A program made the position numbers and the translations under genes. A stretch of DNA of 64,000 nucleotides from Gracilinanus agilis. Its lineage: Eukaryota. The stretch covers positions 274,053,009-274,117,008 of the forward strand of contig NC_058135.1 in the NCBI RefSeq assembly GCF_016433145.1. Reading direction: 5' to 3'. Position 1 is the first letter of the stretch, and each line of letters starts with the position of its first letter. Of the stretch, positions 1 to 12,513 are shown piece after piece. A model generated the notes under the pieces. It saw only the letters and a list, made by a program, of their open reading frames with translations. It did no database searches and was not told the DNA's origin.

Positions 1-260
1 GCCTGATACTCTTTCCACTGTGTTACTTAGTTGACTCCAGATGAGTTAATGAATTTTTCCTGAAATTCTGTTGTATGCACTTTGTATCTATTTCATGCCT
101 CTCTTTATGTGTGTATATATTGTTTACCTAAGATAGAAAGGAAGATTATTAAGAACAGAGAGGATTTCATTGTTTTATTTATATCCATTGAGACATAAAT
201 ACAGAGTTCTTGGCATAAAACAGGTCATGACTAATAATATATAAATGCTTGTTAAATAAT
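1..260 (+). mobile_element. L2 LINE 3' end relic
   Basis: Degenerate L2 terminus (...tccattgagacataaatacagagttcttggcataaaacagg...ataaatgcttgttaaat) resembling the recalled L2 3' consensus. Confidence 0.45.
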
Positions 261-486
261 TGATAACTTTAAAACTTTTATTGGATTTTTTTAGTTGAAT
301 CACTTTATAATAATCTTTTCCTTTAATGAACTATCCTTTATGATGAAAAGAATCAATTAGGAGGAGGAAGAGGAAGAATAGGAGAACTACTAGAATAGGA
401 CAATATATCCATATATGTACGCATATATACATATAGACAGTTATGTACATATATGCAATTATGTCTGTGTATCCTGATAATGGTTG

Positions 487-496
487 ATATAGATAG

Positions 497-567
<71 letters not shown>
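487..567. repeat. compound microsatellite (GATA)n(GA)n
   Basis: Directly visible; it produces the spurious SLSLSL ORF 331..699. Confidence 0.95.
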
Positions 568-570
<3 letters not shown>

Positions 571-1619
571 CGAGGGGGAGAAAAAGAAACTCTTTCCTCC
601 ATTAGAATAGAATCTCTTAGGATAGGCATTATTTTTCATTTTTCTCTGTACTTTCAGTACTTGGAAAACTTCCTGGCATAATAAGCATTTTATAAACACT
701 TGGTTGAATGATTGATTAATCTAGTCTAATTCCATCTTTACTGCCAAAATACATTTATTACAAATGCAAAAATTCTTGGTTATGGATCTAGAAATCAATA
801 CATACATTTCAAACCATGTTTATTATGTCATATTATCACGCCATCCTATGAGTCTACTGACTTAAAAATTCATATCTTAGGCTACCAATGAACTTACCAG
901 GTTTTATTTTTTCCCTATGGCCTTACCTATTCTAGCAAGAAATCTTTCATAAACCTGTCCACATCTTTCCTTTACAAGAGTTTACAAGAGATAGTAAGCA
1001 TTGATAAAATTAAAAAAGAATATGTCAAAAATCATAGAAGGATTGTTTTTTTGAAAATATGAATTGACCACCATTTTGTTGTAGGTAGCACTATGAACTA
1101 CAGATTAAATTTTAGGCATATCTTGATATTTTTCTTCTGTCATTCATATTGATCAAATAAGCAAAAATAACATTTTTCTGAATGAACAAAAAACAGACAT
1201 ATTCAGAATGCTGAATAACTCACTGGAAAATATTTATAACTTAGTGAAAGCTATGAAATATGAAGTGGCATTATAAATATATTTTAGATCCATTGTTTGT
1301 ATAGTTCACCTTCAGGTAAAATAAATCTATCCTACTTCTTTTTCTATTCTTCATTTGCAATGTTCAATTTCCCAACTCTGTGCCTTTATACTATCTGAAT
1401 ACACACACACAAACATATATAATGTATCTCTTTTTTTCTTTCATTTTTGGTGTGTGGGTCTATTTCTTTGTTTATTAATGTCTGTGTCTCCCGATAGAAT
1501 AGAAGCTCCTTGAGAACAGGCACAATTTTTGATGTTCTTTGAATCTCTGGTATAAAGAAAGCTTCCTCAATCAGTAAACAGTTAATAAACCAGTTTTTGA
1601 ATATTGATTGATCTAGTTT

Positions 1620-2095
1620 TTTGTTGTTGTTCAGTTCTTTAGTCATGTCCACATCTTTATAACCCCATGAACCATAGCACAACAGGCCCTTTTATCCTTC
1701 AGTATCTCTAGATACATGTTAGTTGTTTTCTTAAGACTATGACATCTTAAGACATCTCATCCTCTACTGCCCCCCTCTCCTTTTGCCATCAGTCTCTCCC
1801 AACATCACATTTTTTTTTCCTATGAGTCTTGTCTTCTTATGTGACCAAGGTATTTAGTCTTCAACTGTAGTATTAGGGTCTGAAATTAATTGAAGTTTTG
1901 ACTGATTTGATCTCTTTGGTCTCCAAAGGAATCTCAAAAGTTTTCTCTAGCAGGACAATTTGAAGTCATTGATTCTGTAACACTCAGCTATCCTTATGTC
2001 CCAGCTCTTGTTTTCATACACTATCACTGGGAAAGCAAAACATAACAAAAACAAACAAACAAAAATGTAGCTTTAACTCTATGGACCTTGTCTTA
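1620..2095 (-). mobile_element. BovB-like RTE LINE 3' fragment (old, degraded)
   Basis: Colinear with the recalled BovB/ART2A 3' region: gttcagttctttagtcatgtcc...catctcatcctctactgccccctctccttttgcc...gatttgatctctttggtctccaaaggaatctcaaaagttttctc...atagctttaactctatggacctt. Confidence 0.75.
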
Positions 2096-2708
2096 GTTCC
2101 ATTCCATCATTTATAGGATGAGGAAAATTTAGATTAAATAACTTGTTCAGTTTACTGAGGCTATATTGGAACACAGGTATCCTGGCCGTAAAGCTAACAC
2201 TCTCTCCCTCATACCATATTCCTTCTATACTTAATCCAATGCCATTCTCTTTATTGGTATAAATGTATGCAATATATTTCTAGGGTAAGGGTTATCAGCC
2301 CTTTATGATACTTCTCTTTAAGGCAGAGCAGTTTCATACTGAAAGAGGAAGAGAAAATGATTTTATATAAGGAGAAAGTAGTTAAATCAACTGGCAAGAA
2401 TATACAATATTATCTCACTCATAGATGACTAAATTGATATTGGAAAAGAGAAAGAAAAGTACTGACATCTGGGGAAATTAAGGATCAGGTATGAACCCTT
2501 ATTTCCATATTTGTAAAATGAGAGTAATAGCCATTTTGCTATTCATATCATGGGGCATCTGTGAGGAAAGTATTGTAAAAATGTTTAAAAATATACACGA
2601 GTTATAATTTTGCCTATAAATCATAAAGCTCAACCATTTATTTTATCATCTCACATTTCATGTAACTTTCAAAAGACATTTTGTTTAAAATTTATTATTT
2701 TGTGAAAT

Positions 2709-3638
2709 TCATTTCTCATTTGAAGACATACTTTTTTCCCAGAGTTTCCTCATGGCATTTTTCACCTCTGCATTTCTCAGTGTATAGATCAGGGGATGTA
2801 ACATGGGGGCTACCAGAGTATAAAATACTGTCACAGCTTTATCTATGGGTAGAATTACCACAGGCCTCAAGTACACAAATATACAAGGCACAAAAAATAG
2901 GATAACAACAGTGATGTGAGACACACAAGTCGAGAGGGCTTTGCGTCTGCTTTCCCGACTGTGAGTTTTCAAAGAATTAAAGATGACAGCATAGGAAGCC
3001 ATCAATAGGAGAAAGTTTAAAAGACAGATGAGGCCACTATTTGCTGCAACAAAGAGGCCAAGATTATGGGTGTCCATGCAGACAAGTTTGAGTAAAGGGT
3101 TCAAATCACACATGAAGTGATCTATGACATTGGGCCCACAGAATGGCAACCAGACTGTGAAGAGAAGCTGTATTATTGCATGGAGAAAGCCTCCAGCCCA
3201 TGCTACCCCCACAAGGAGACCACAGAGCCTCTGGCTCATGATTGTAGTATAGTGCAGAGGCTTGCAGATGGCTACATAACGGTCATAGGCCATGACTGTT
3301 AGCAAGATGATCTCAGCACCACCAAAGAAATGTTCTGCAAAGAGTTGAGTCATACATCCATTAAAAGATATGATTTTCTTTTCATATAATGAGTCAACTA
3401 TCAGTTTGGGGGCCATGGAAGAAGAACAAAGACCATCTATTATGGACAGGAAAGACAGAAAGAAGTACATGGGAGAGTTCAGAGCTTGGCTGGTTGTGAC
3501 AGTAACAATAATAAGCAAGTTACCCACCAAAGTTACCAAGTAAATTAGTAAGAACACCACAAATATAATTTTCTGCATCTCTGGATTCTGTGTGAGGCCC
3601 AGGAGAATGAATTCAGTCACATTGTTTCCATTCTCCAT
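2709..3638 (-). CDS. olfactory receptor, family 4 subfamily C (intact 309 aa; NPxxY altered to HPLIY)
   Basis: Intact ORF with OR motifs [52 protein letters not shown]. Confidence 0.96.
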   Translation of the reverse strand: MENGNNVTEFILLGLTQNPEMQKIIFVVFLLIYLVTLVGNLLIIVTVTTSQALNSPMYFFLSFLSIIDGLCSSSMAPKLIVDSLYEKKIISFNGCMTQLFAEHFFGGAEIILLTVMAYDRYVAICKPLHYTTIMSQRLCGLLVGVAWAGGFLHAIIQLLFTVWLPFCGPNVIDHFMCDLNPLLKLVCMDTHNLGLFVAANSGLICLLNFLLLMASYAVIFNSLKTHSRESRRKALSTCVSHITVVILFFVPCIFVYLRPVVILPIDKAVTVFYTLVAPMLHPLIYTLRNAEVKNAMRKLWEKSMSSNEK

Positions 3639-3889
3639 CTATATTGTTGAAATAAAATGGGAGAAAGGGGATGGGGAGCTGCTTTACCTGCAAAGAAGAT
3701 CACAGAATTGTAAGGGGTTGTCCAAAAATTCTGATCAGATGATCAACCTACCTCTTTTTGAAAATTTTGAAACTCCTCCAGTGATTCATTTGTTCAAAAA
3801 TTCAATTTGTATTTCTTTAAAATATTCTTTTTTTCACATCACCATGCTGGAACTAGACATTTGACAAGCTTTCATGTTTTATTGGTTAC

Positions 3890-4005
3890 CTATTTGAGCA
3901 TTCCATCGCCTTGCTGGTAGACAGGCCCTGGAATTCTGGGCTGTCAGAGGAAGTAGGGGTCTCAAAAGATTATTGATGAGAATCTTTCTGGGACCTTGAC
4001 TTTTT
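3890..4005 (-). other. candidate non-coding 5'UTR exon of the OR at 2709-3638
   Basis: Minus strand: acceptor tttttacttacAG at 4006-4007 and donor aaatag|GTaacc at 3888-3889; splice-signal inference only. Confidence 0.3.
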
Positions 4006-5634
4006 CTGTAAGTAAAAATGACACTAATGATTCTGAGAATCAACCCATCCTTTCTGTTATCCATCTAAGATAACTTTTTTCTTTAAAATATTTGTAATCA
4101 ACAATCTTATTAAACAACATTTTCAGGGGGAGCTATGGACCTCTAACTATTCTAATTATAAATTATAAAATCACAATTTAGAAGTTCCTCTGTTCCAGAA
4201 ATGCCCAAATGAGAAACATATATACTTTACATATGAGAAAACTGAGGACAAAAGATTTTAAAGGTTTTATGATGGCATTGCATGTATCCAGTGAGTGGTA
4301 GAGCTCAGATTTAAATTCAAATCCTTTAACTCTAAAGCCAACCCTCTTCCAACTTCACCACAATTCATGTTCTTTCTATCATCCAATAGCACTGCCTTTT
4401 AAAATTCTGATGTTTAATGATCCTTTTTCAGTTTGTCTATCCTCCTTTTCTCCCCCCTGTAGTCCACCTCCTTTGGATCTTCATAGCTTCTCTTCTAAGT
4501 ACTGGGAACTTTTTCTCAGTACATTGTTCTATCTGTTGAATCCTTTAATCTTCTGATATTATTCAATTTTGAGCATTATTTTAAAGGGTTCTCTCCAAAT
4601 GTATATGTGTGTATCTATCTAGCTCTCTCTATATATAAATATTTTCATCTACATATCAATATCTACATATCTCTATCACTCTATCTATATATCTCTATTT
4701 TCATATTTACCCAATGTCCTAAGCTGATTTTTGTTATGTAAATTCTGAACTCACACTTTAAGGAAATAATCCTTGATGATAAGAGGAAACTTTATTCACA
4801 CAAGCTGCCCATGATGAATAATGCTATCTAATAGCTGACTCATCTCTAACCTACAGAGTGGCCCAGGATTTAGAGCCTATTCTGCCTAATTATAGGTATA
4901 TCAAAGCACATAGATAAAGCAGTGTTTCTATGAAATTCAGGAATGCATCAACAACCCAGTGAGAGAATAGCATTTTAAGATAAAGAGTTTAATGATAATA
5001 AGTTCTGTGGATAACAAAGAAATAGTCAACTAGTATAAATAGAAATACTGCTAAAAAACTTACCTTGATTCTATTTTAAAATGATGACACCCATCAATGG
5101 AGAATTTTCCATGATATTATTTTTGTGTAATAGGAACCTTCTGTTTTGAAAGATATAATGATGGACTTAGGAGAGAATGTCAGGATGACACAACTATCAA
5201 TCAGCCATTGTTTTCTTATGATCAAAGGACTTACTGTTGGAAGGAACAAAAGAAATTTTCTAGATATTTTTTATGATTGGACAAAATGAGGAACAGAGAT
5301 AATTATTTTCCTCATTTCATGCAGGTCAGACTCAGAATTTGAACATGTCTACTGATTATAAATCCAGTACTATTTCTATACTATGAAAGCTAGAACACTA
5401 AGTTCTTTCCCTCAGTAACTACAGCTGTAGAAAAACCTAGAGCAATAAGGAGAGATCATTAATCTTCTCCATTATTTGACTTTGTGATCTAAAGAAAAGT
5501 GATAGACTCTGGACTTGGACTTTCTCCAAGTGGCTCCCTTTTATCCATATATGTATCCTCTGATCCTGTTCTTAAATAGTCAATGAGAAGACAATTTCTC
5601 CCAAGTCAACAATGTGACTTAAAGAAAATCTCAA

Positions 5635-5790
5635 AGTTCAGGAACTATTTTTTATAACTATTGCTCTACCCTCAGAGGAATTAATTATCTCTCATATTTA
5701 GGAGATCTTATTTAGTCGATGTGTTTGGTAACACCTGCATTTTTGTATAATTGGCTACTTGTTTTGTATTTGGAATCCAATCCGTGCCCA
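5635..5790 (-). promoter_or_regulatory. candidate OR promoter block for gene 2709-3638 (homeodomain + O/E-like site + TATA-like)
   Basis: ctcagaggaattaattatc (5671-5689) is identical to 58385-58403, flanks align over ~150 bp, TATAAAA lies downstream on the minus strand; ~2 kb upstream of the ATG. Confidence 0.65.
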
Positions 5791-6779
5791 TTAATTTGTA
5801 AGTTCCTAGCTCACTAAGAATGCTGAATCCAATATGAAAAAGAAATAGAATGAGTCACATCATTCTATAGTCTTTTCATGGTAACTAAGTTCACAAAGGA
5901 TTTGTCATATCAGTTTTCCATATTTTTTGTAAATTTATCGGGTTTTTGAATATTCAGTTTTGTCCCTAACTTTTTGTAGCCTAAAACCATGTCTCCTGGA
6001 CTACTGAGTCATCCTAAAACTTCTCTCACTTCTTGATGCCTGTATGAGATAGCTTACCAGTCTTGTACCCTGATTACATTATAATATTCATCCACCAGGC
6101 CTGTCCTCACTCTCCCATTAAAGTGCTCCTTATGTATCCTTTATTATGTGAAGGTATAGAGGTCATCCTCCCCTCATTATTTTCCATCCTTTTTGTTGCT
6201 TTTCTATACATTAAAACCATGACACTACACTGGAACTTTAATTATCCTTTCCCCTATTCTTCTACAGAGATTACATACAGAACTTTCTGAAAGCAACTCA
6301 TAAACACCCAAACTATTTGTTTATTCTGGAGATACATTTGTCCATTTTAATAATAGGATGTTAGTTAATAGTGATCTCCTAAGACTCTGGAAACTGAAAA
6401 TCAAATAGCCTTGGGGTTGCCAATAGTATCCAGAAGCTAGTATCACTTCAACAATCAACATTAGAAAACTGGATTACATCCCTCTCTTAGTCTATGGCTT
6501 GATAAAATAATGGGCTCTGACTACTTGAAATCTAAGGTCCTTTTCATCTCTTGTAGTGTATGATCCATATTTCTTTCCAGTTCTACTTTATTGTTCTATT
6601 CTTTATTATCACATAGATTTCCATAAATCTGTTCACCTATTTTCATAAAAAAGATAACTTTGTGTAATGTATTTAATTACATCTCAATCACTACCTAAAT
6701 GAATCACTAGAATAATATAAAAACATGGAAATCTTTGGCTTGGTTGAAATGACACTCAGAGTTAGGGACTATGCAGAAT

Positions 6780-8640
6780 TATTTTAGAAGGGAGAGGAAT
6801 TAATTGAAATAGTCAAGTAGCAAGATAATATAATAATGTTGCACGTGATTTTAAGAGCCAGAACAAGGGATTTGGTCATGGAATAAGAATTAAAGTTTTG
6901 TGAGTAGCACGAAAATATGACAAAATCGAAATGGGAATCCGAAAGTGAGGCAATATTAGTTTTTGTTCAAGAAAATAATATTTTTATAGTGTAATAAGAT
7001 CACGCTGGCAACTATCAACTTGGAAAAATAGATCTTTCTATTAATAATAGTAACTCTAACCATTTGAAGTTTGAGAGAGATTGTGTTGTTCAGTTGTTTT
7101 CAGTCCTGTCTAATTCATTATGACCCCATTTGGTGTTTTCTTGGTAAATATAATGGAGGCTTTAGCAATTATATAAATTAGAGGTGATGAAAACTTCAAC
7201 TAATGTGTTGGTCATCTAAACAGTGAGAATGAGAATGTTGCAAGAATTAGGTGGGTAGAAAATATACCTTTTTATGTGAAGTAATATTGGAGGATAACAT
7301 CATATCCCCTTTGAATGAAATTGTAGGTTTAGAAGAGGGTAGATAAGTTCTGTTTTGGATATTTTAGGAAGTTTTTGAGACATCCAGATTAGAAAGATAA
7401 AGAGGCAATTGGTGATATGGAACTGAAGATCAGAGAAGAGTGTGTATTGTGGAAAAGTCCTAGAGGATGTTAGATATTACAACCCACCTAGGAACTCCCA
7501 AGGCCAGTGAAGCACAAAACCCTTGGTTTATGTAAATTGAAGTTTATTAAAAAAAAAAAAAAGAATAAAAAGAACTGGTAGGCATGACTCTAAATCTATC
7601 CAAGCTAATTCCACTCAACTTTCTAATTCTCTTTGGAAAGGAGAGCCTTCCTTTCTTTTATAGGCCCTGCTTAATCCTCTCTATGCTATCTAAGAAATCC
7701 CAGAATGCTATCTGACTTAATCTAACTTAATACCAATAATTAATAGGAAAGAGAGGTAAAAAACAAACAAACAAAAAACCTCTGGGTTTGGCTGCTGTAC
7801 TAAACAACTCAAAGTTATAGGTGGAAAGCTTTGAATTACCTTAGCCAATAGGAATTCTGCTAGTTGGATCACTGCCAGATGAAGACTAGTCTCAGGGAAA
7901 TTAGTTTCTTCCAACAATACTCTCTATCTGGATGTCAAAGAGTTTTGCCATAAAATTCCTGACTTTCCAAGGAGAATCTCTTAGTACAAAACTCCTCCTT
8001 CAGCTTAATGGGAATTGTAGGCAGAGACAAAATCTCCCTCCAGCTTGGTCAAAATCCAAGAAGGAAGTGAAATTCAGTTATTTCTAGTTGTAGACCCACA
8101 ATTCCTTTCTACCCAGAATCCTTTCCCAGGGCTTCTCTCAAAATCCCCTTTCTTCAACTAACCTTAGAAATTAGACTATCCCTAACTCATTCCTACAAGA
8201 GAATTTGTATAGTTATCCAAATATGTCATTTTAAGATATGAAGAGCACATAATTGCTGATATAATCATCAAAAAATGCAGAAAAAAATGGAAAAGGACAT
8301 TAAACAGATCTTATATGAATACCTAAATTTAGGTGGCATGTTATGGAGGCAGTCAAAAACAAAAGACAGAGGAGTAAAACAAAATGAACCAAAGGGGAGA
8401 AATGTCATGAAAATTAAGAGATCAGAAAATATACAGGAGGATGGCATTGTCAAAAAAGTCAAATGCTGCTAAGAGATCAAGAAGGATGAGAAACGAGAAA
8501 CAACCATCAGATTTGACAACTGGAGATCAAAAGAAACATTGATAATTGTAGTTTTTGTGGATTTATTACGTCAGATGCCAAATTTCAAAAAATTTGGGAG
8601 GTAATGAGAGTTGAAGAAGTGGAGACAATGAATGTAGATA
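6780..8640 (-). mobile_element. L2 LINE relic interrupted by a solo LTR
   Basis: Purine-rich L2 antisense motifs (gtcaaatgctgctaagagatcaagaaggatgag, catcagatttgacaactggagatc) on both sides of the LTR. Confidence 0.6.
7468..8197 (-). mobile_element. solo ERV LTR
   Basis: TGTTAG...CCTACA termini, near-perfect 6-bp TSD agagga (7462-7467)/agagaa (8198-8203), AATAAA on the minus strand. Confidence 0.7.
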
Positions 8641-9551
8641 GATATTTTTGGTAGTAACAACTATAAATTATAAATTTTCTCCACATTAAAAATATTTAAC
8701 ACTTATTATTTTGAGAACAAAATACAAACAATTCTGTCTGACATTTTAAATCTTCCACATACTAGCCTACATTTAACATTGTTCATTGTAATATTTTTTC
8801 TTAAAACACTTTTCATGTTTGCTTTCACATAACAAGCATGTTTTTCTTAGTGTATGGCCTTCAGCCTCAAAACTCTGTCTTCAATTACATGCATTATGCC
8901 CAATATTTTGAATTCCACTTGATTCTTACCTCCTCTGACTTTTTAAATGCCAAGTTTCCATCATTTTCAGTTTTCTACATTACATTTGCTTTAATTCTCC
9001 TATCTAAATTTTCTAGGTTTCATTCATTCTTGAAATGTTTTTGTATTAATATTTATGAATCTTGTCCTTATTGATCAATGTACATGTTATAGGTCAGGAT
9101 TTTACCATTTTTTTTCCTTTACAACATCAGCCAGAGTACCTGATAGTGTGTGTGTATATGTATGTTTGTGTGTGTGTTCCATTAATATATGGAATTTTTG
9201 TTTTGTAGAGAAAGAGGGTTTTGGATTTTTCTCTTTATTAATATAGATGGTGTCATTTTGAACTAAACTTCAAGTATGGAACAAATAGGCAGTTACATAT
9301 ATCCTCAAAGGACTTAATTGCTGGTGGTGGTAATAACAAGGAATGAATAGGTTTGATGATATTACATAAGAAAAATCAATAATGGTTGGCAACCTTATTG
9401 GATTTTGATAAAGAGAAACAATGATATAGCAAATGTTTTAAGTCTGGGAAATGAGGAGAATGGTATCAGGGGAAGGCACAAGATGGTGAGAATGTTTAGA
9501 CATATTAAGTTTGAACTGATAGTGGGATACTAAAATAAAGGTGTCTAGCAG

Positions 9552-9573
9552 TATATATATATATATATATCTA

Positions 9574-9615
<42 letters not shown>

Positions 9616-9619
9616 TATA
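9552..9619. repeat. (TA)n microsatellite at the RTE 3' end
   Basis: Directly visible; abuts the RTE 3' terminus. Confidence 0.9.
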
Positions 9620-11721
9620 TTATTCCTGTTGACTCCTTAGGAGCATAGGGCCGCAACCATCTCATGCCAGCGGACTCTGTTCTGGGCAACTTCCCCCAGC
9701 TGAGCCCATGTCATTCCGACTGTTTTTGTTTCATTTTCGGCAGATCTTCGCCAGGTCTGTTTTGGTCTTCCGACTTTCCTCCTCCCTGGTGGATTCCAGC
9801 TCAGTGCTTGTCTGCCTACGTTGTCTTCCAGTTTTCGTAGCATATGTCCTATCCATCTCCACTTATATTTCTTTATGTCCTGACTAATGGGATACTGGAT
9901 TGTTCTTTCCCAAAGACCAGCATTGGAGATCTTTTCAGGCCATCTGATGTTCAAGATGTAGTGTAGACATCTGTTAACAAAGACCTGGAGTTTATTGGTG
10001 TTAGCGCTCCTCACTCTCCAGCTTTCTGATCCATATAGAAGGACGGCCTTTACATTGGTATTGAAGATTCGGAGCTTAGTGAGGAGGGACAGTGCTTTGG
10101 AGATCCAGACAGACCATAAGGTGTTAAATGCCTGTCTGGCTTTGTTGATTTGGTTTCTGATGTCCTCATCTGCTCTGCCATCCTTACTGACTATGCTACC
10201 CAAATAGGTGAAGTGGTCCGTCTCCTTGATGTTTTCTCCCTGTAGTTGGATTGGCAGGTCCTGTCTGCTGTTGACTGTGATCACCTGGTCTTCTTCTTGT
10301 TGATCTTCAGACCTGTCTTCTCTGCTTCTTCAGAGAGTCGTGCAAGTTTGGCTTGCGCATCCTGCTGCTTGTGAGAAAGGAGACAGATGTCATCTGCGAA
10401 GTCAAGGTCCTCAAGCTGTTTGGTATGAGTCCATTGAATGCCCGTATTGTTGTCCTTGGTAATTCTTCTCATGGTCCAATCTATGACCATCAAGAAGATA
10501 AGGGGCGAAAGCATGCAGCCTTGCTTCACTCTGGTCTTCACTGTGAAGGGAGCCGTCAGTTTCCCATTGTGGATGACCTGGCAGGTAAAGTCTTCGTATA
10601 ACCGCTGGATGATGTTGATGAGCTTCGGGGGAATCCCGTAATGCTGCATCAATCTCCAGATGATGTTCCTGTCCACGCTGTCAAATGCCTTCTCGAAATC
10701 CACGAAAGCCATGTAGAGGGGGGACTGCCATTCGATGGACTGTTCGATGATGATTCTTAGGGTGACGATATGGTCGGTGCACGATCTGTGCTGACGAAAC
10801 CCTGCTTTTTCTATTCTCAGTTTCCTGTCCAAGGCCTCCTTCAGTCTTTCTATGATTACTCTGGTCAGGATTTTGCTGGGAGCGGATAGAAGCATGATTC
10901 CTCGCCAGTTGCTGCATTGGGATAGGTCACCTTTCTTGGGTAGCTTCACTAGGTAGCCTAGTTTCCAGTCTGTCAGGACTTGTTCCTGTTCCCAGATCTT
11001 CTGTAGGAGGGGTTGTAGCATCTCCGCTGACATTTCTGGGTCTGCCTTGAGTGCCTCAGGGGGGATGCTGTCTGGACCTGCAGCCTTACCATTTTTCATG
11101 GTCTTGATGGCTTTGATGATCTCAACTTTGGTAGGTGGGCCCATGTTCACCTGAAGCAGTTCGGTGGCTGGTGGTATGTCCGGAACAGTTGGTGGAGGCG
11201 GTCAGTTCAGGATTTCTTCGAAATGTTCTGCCCATCGGGCTCTCTGCCCTGCATTGCTTGTTATTGTCTTGCCAGTCTTGTCCTTCACTGGCTTGCTAGG
11301 GTTGTAATTCTTTCCCAATAGAGTTCTTGTTATTTCGTATAGCCTCTTCATGTTCCCCTGCCCAGCTGCTATTTCTGCTTCTTCGGTCATATCGTGAATC
11401 AACCGTCTCTTGTCATATCTTGTGCTCTTCTTGACTTGATGGTTAATTTCCCAGTACTGTGTTCAAAGTTCTTCTTTCTCCTGTTGATCTTGGCATTAGC
11501 TGATCTTCTGTTTCAAATCTCTTCTCTGTTGTATCTTGCCCCATGTCTCTTGTGTTAACCATTCCTTGCGCTTTCTCTCTCTCTTTCTCAGGACTTCTGC
11601 GCAGGTGGTCTTCCAGGTCTGCTGGAGTTTGGTCCAGTGGTTTTCAACTGTTTCTCCCGTGAGTCCTGTCAAGGCCACGAACCTGTTCTTGATTTCGCAA
11701 TCGAATGCTTCTTTTTCCTCT
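9620..11721 (-). mobile_element. 5'-truncated RTE-clade LINE (SR3-like), relatively young
   Basis: RT motifs GFRQHRSCTD, YMAFVDFEKAFDS, VKQGCMLSP, LDFADD; RTE C-terminal LLYGSESW and KWRWIGH; very short 3'UTR; possible degenerate TSD ctagcag (9545-9551)/ctggtag (11722-11728); visibly GC/CpG-richer than flanks. Confidence 0.93.
9637..11720 (-). pseudogene. disrupted RTE reverse transcriptase ORF
   Basis: ORF pieces 11496..11678, 11202..11402 and 10281..11150 share one frame, broken by TAA 11496-11498, TGA 11463-11465 and TGA 11202-11204; a ~1-nt frameshift near 10287 leads into 9637..10284. Confidence 0.9.
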
Positions 11722-12249
11722 CTGGTAGTTGTTGATATGTTATTGTAGCTTAGGGATCATTCGTAGTAGATGAGTTGAACTTAGACATTCAATAATATAC
11801 AACTCTAGTTTTATGAATAGTTACATATGCCAATCTATTCCAAGTAAATTCATTGTATGGCAAATAGATCATTTATATCTTCAAATAATGAATTCCTTCC
11901 ATGGGAAAATAAATTTATTCCATTAGTTATTTGGATTTCTGATTATATCCCCAGACAACTTCACTGTTATGGATCTCCTTATCCTACTAGGTAACATATA
12001 ACTTGAAACTCACATTTGAATGGAGGGAGGAGCAAAGACATCCTCCACAAACTTCCATTTAAGCAAAGAACTCAGACAATTCCTGACTTCATTTCCCAAT
12101 GGGCTGTACTCCTTTGCAATTCTCAATTACTTCTCTAAAAATTTTATCATCCTGAAACCTGGCAACAGGCTTGTTTGTCACACCTCATTGGTTCCCTTTG
12201 CCTCCATAATTTAAGGGAATATTATAGAGGTCCTTCTCAAATATTCATC

Positions 12250-12498
12250 TGAAGAATGCACTCAAGTCAGTCATTTATTCATGTCTAATTCAGTTTCATT
12301 CTATCTGACTTTTCCACCAAACAACCATACTGGATACCTCTTCCCCCAACAAAAGCACATTTCAACTTCCTTATGTATGTTTTATTCTCCTGGTGAATGG
12401 TAAACTCCTTGAGGGCAGAGATTATGTTACTTTTTTAATATTTAATTCTCCAAAACTTAGCACAGTGTTTGGCATAAAGTGGGTTATTAATACATTTT
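12250..12498 (+). mobile_element. L2 3' end relic
   Basis: aaactccttgagggcagagattatg...aacttagcacagtgtttggcataaagtgggttattaatacatt matches the recalled L2 terminus. Confidence 0.6.
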
Positions 12499-12513
12499 AA
12501 AACTGTAGCTATT

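Noticed and set aside
331-699. 122-aa ORF
   Set aside because: Low-complexity translation of the (GA)n/(GATA)n microsatellite; no protein motif.
2681-3302. Short antisense ORFs overlapping the OR genes (also 15201..15527, 47597..47836, 55043..55228)
   Set aside because: Shadow ORFs on the opposite strand or frame of real OR CDSs.
9995-10917. Additional ORFs overlapping the RTE
   Set aside because: Alternative-frame or antisense shadows of the RT ORF.
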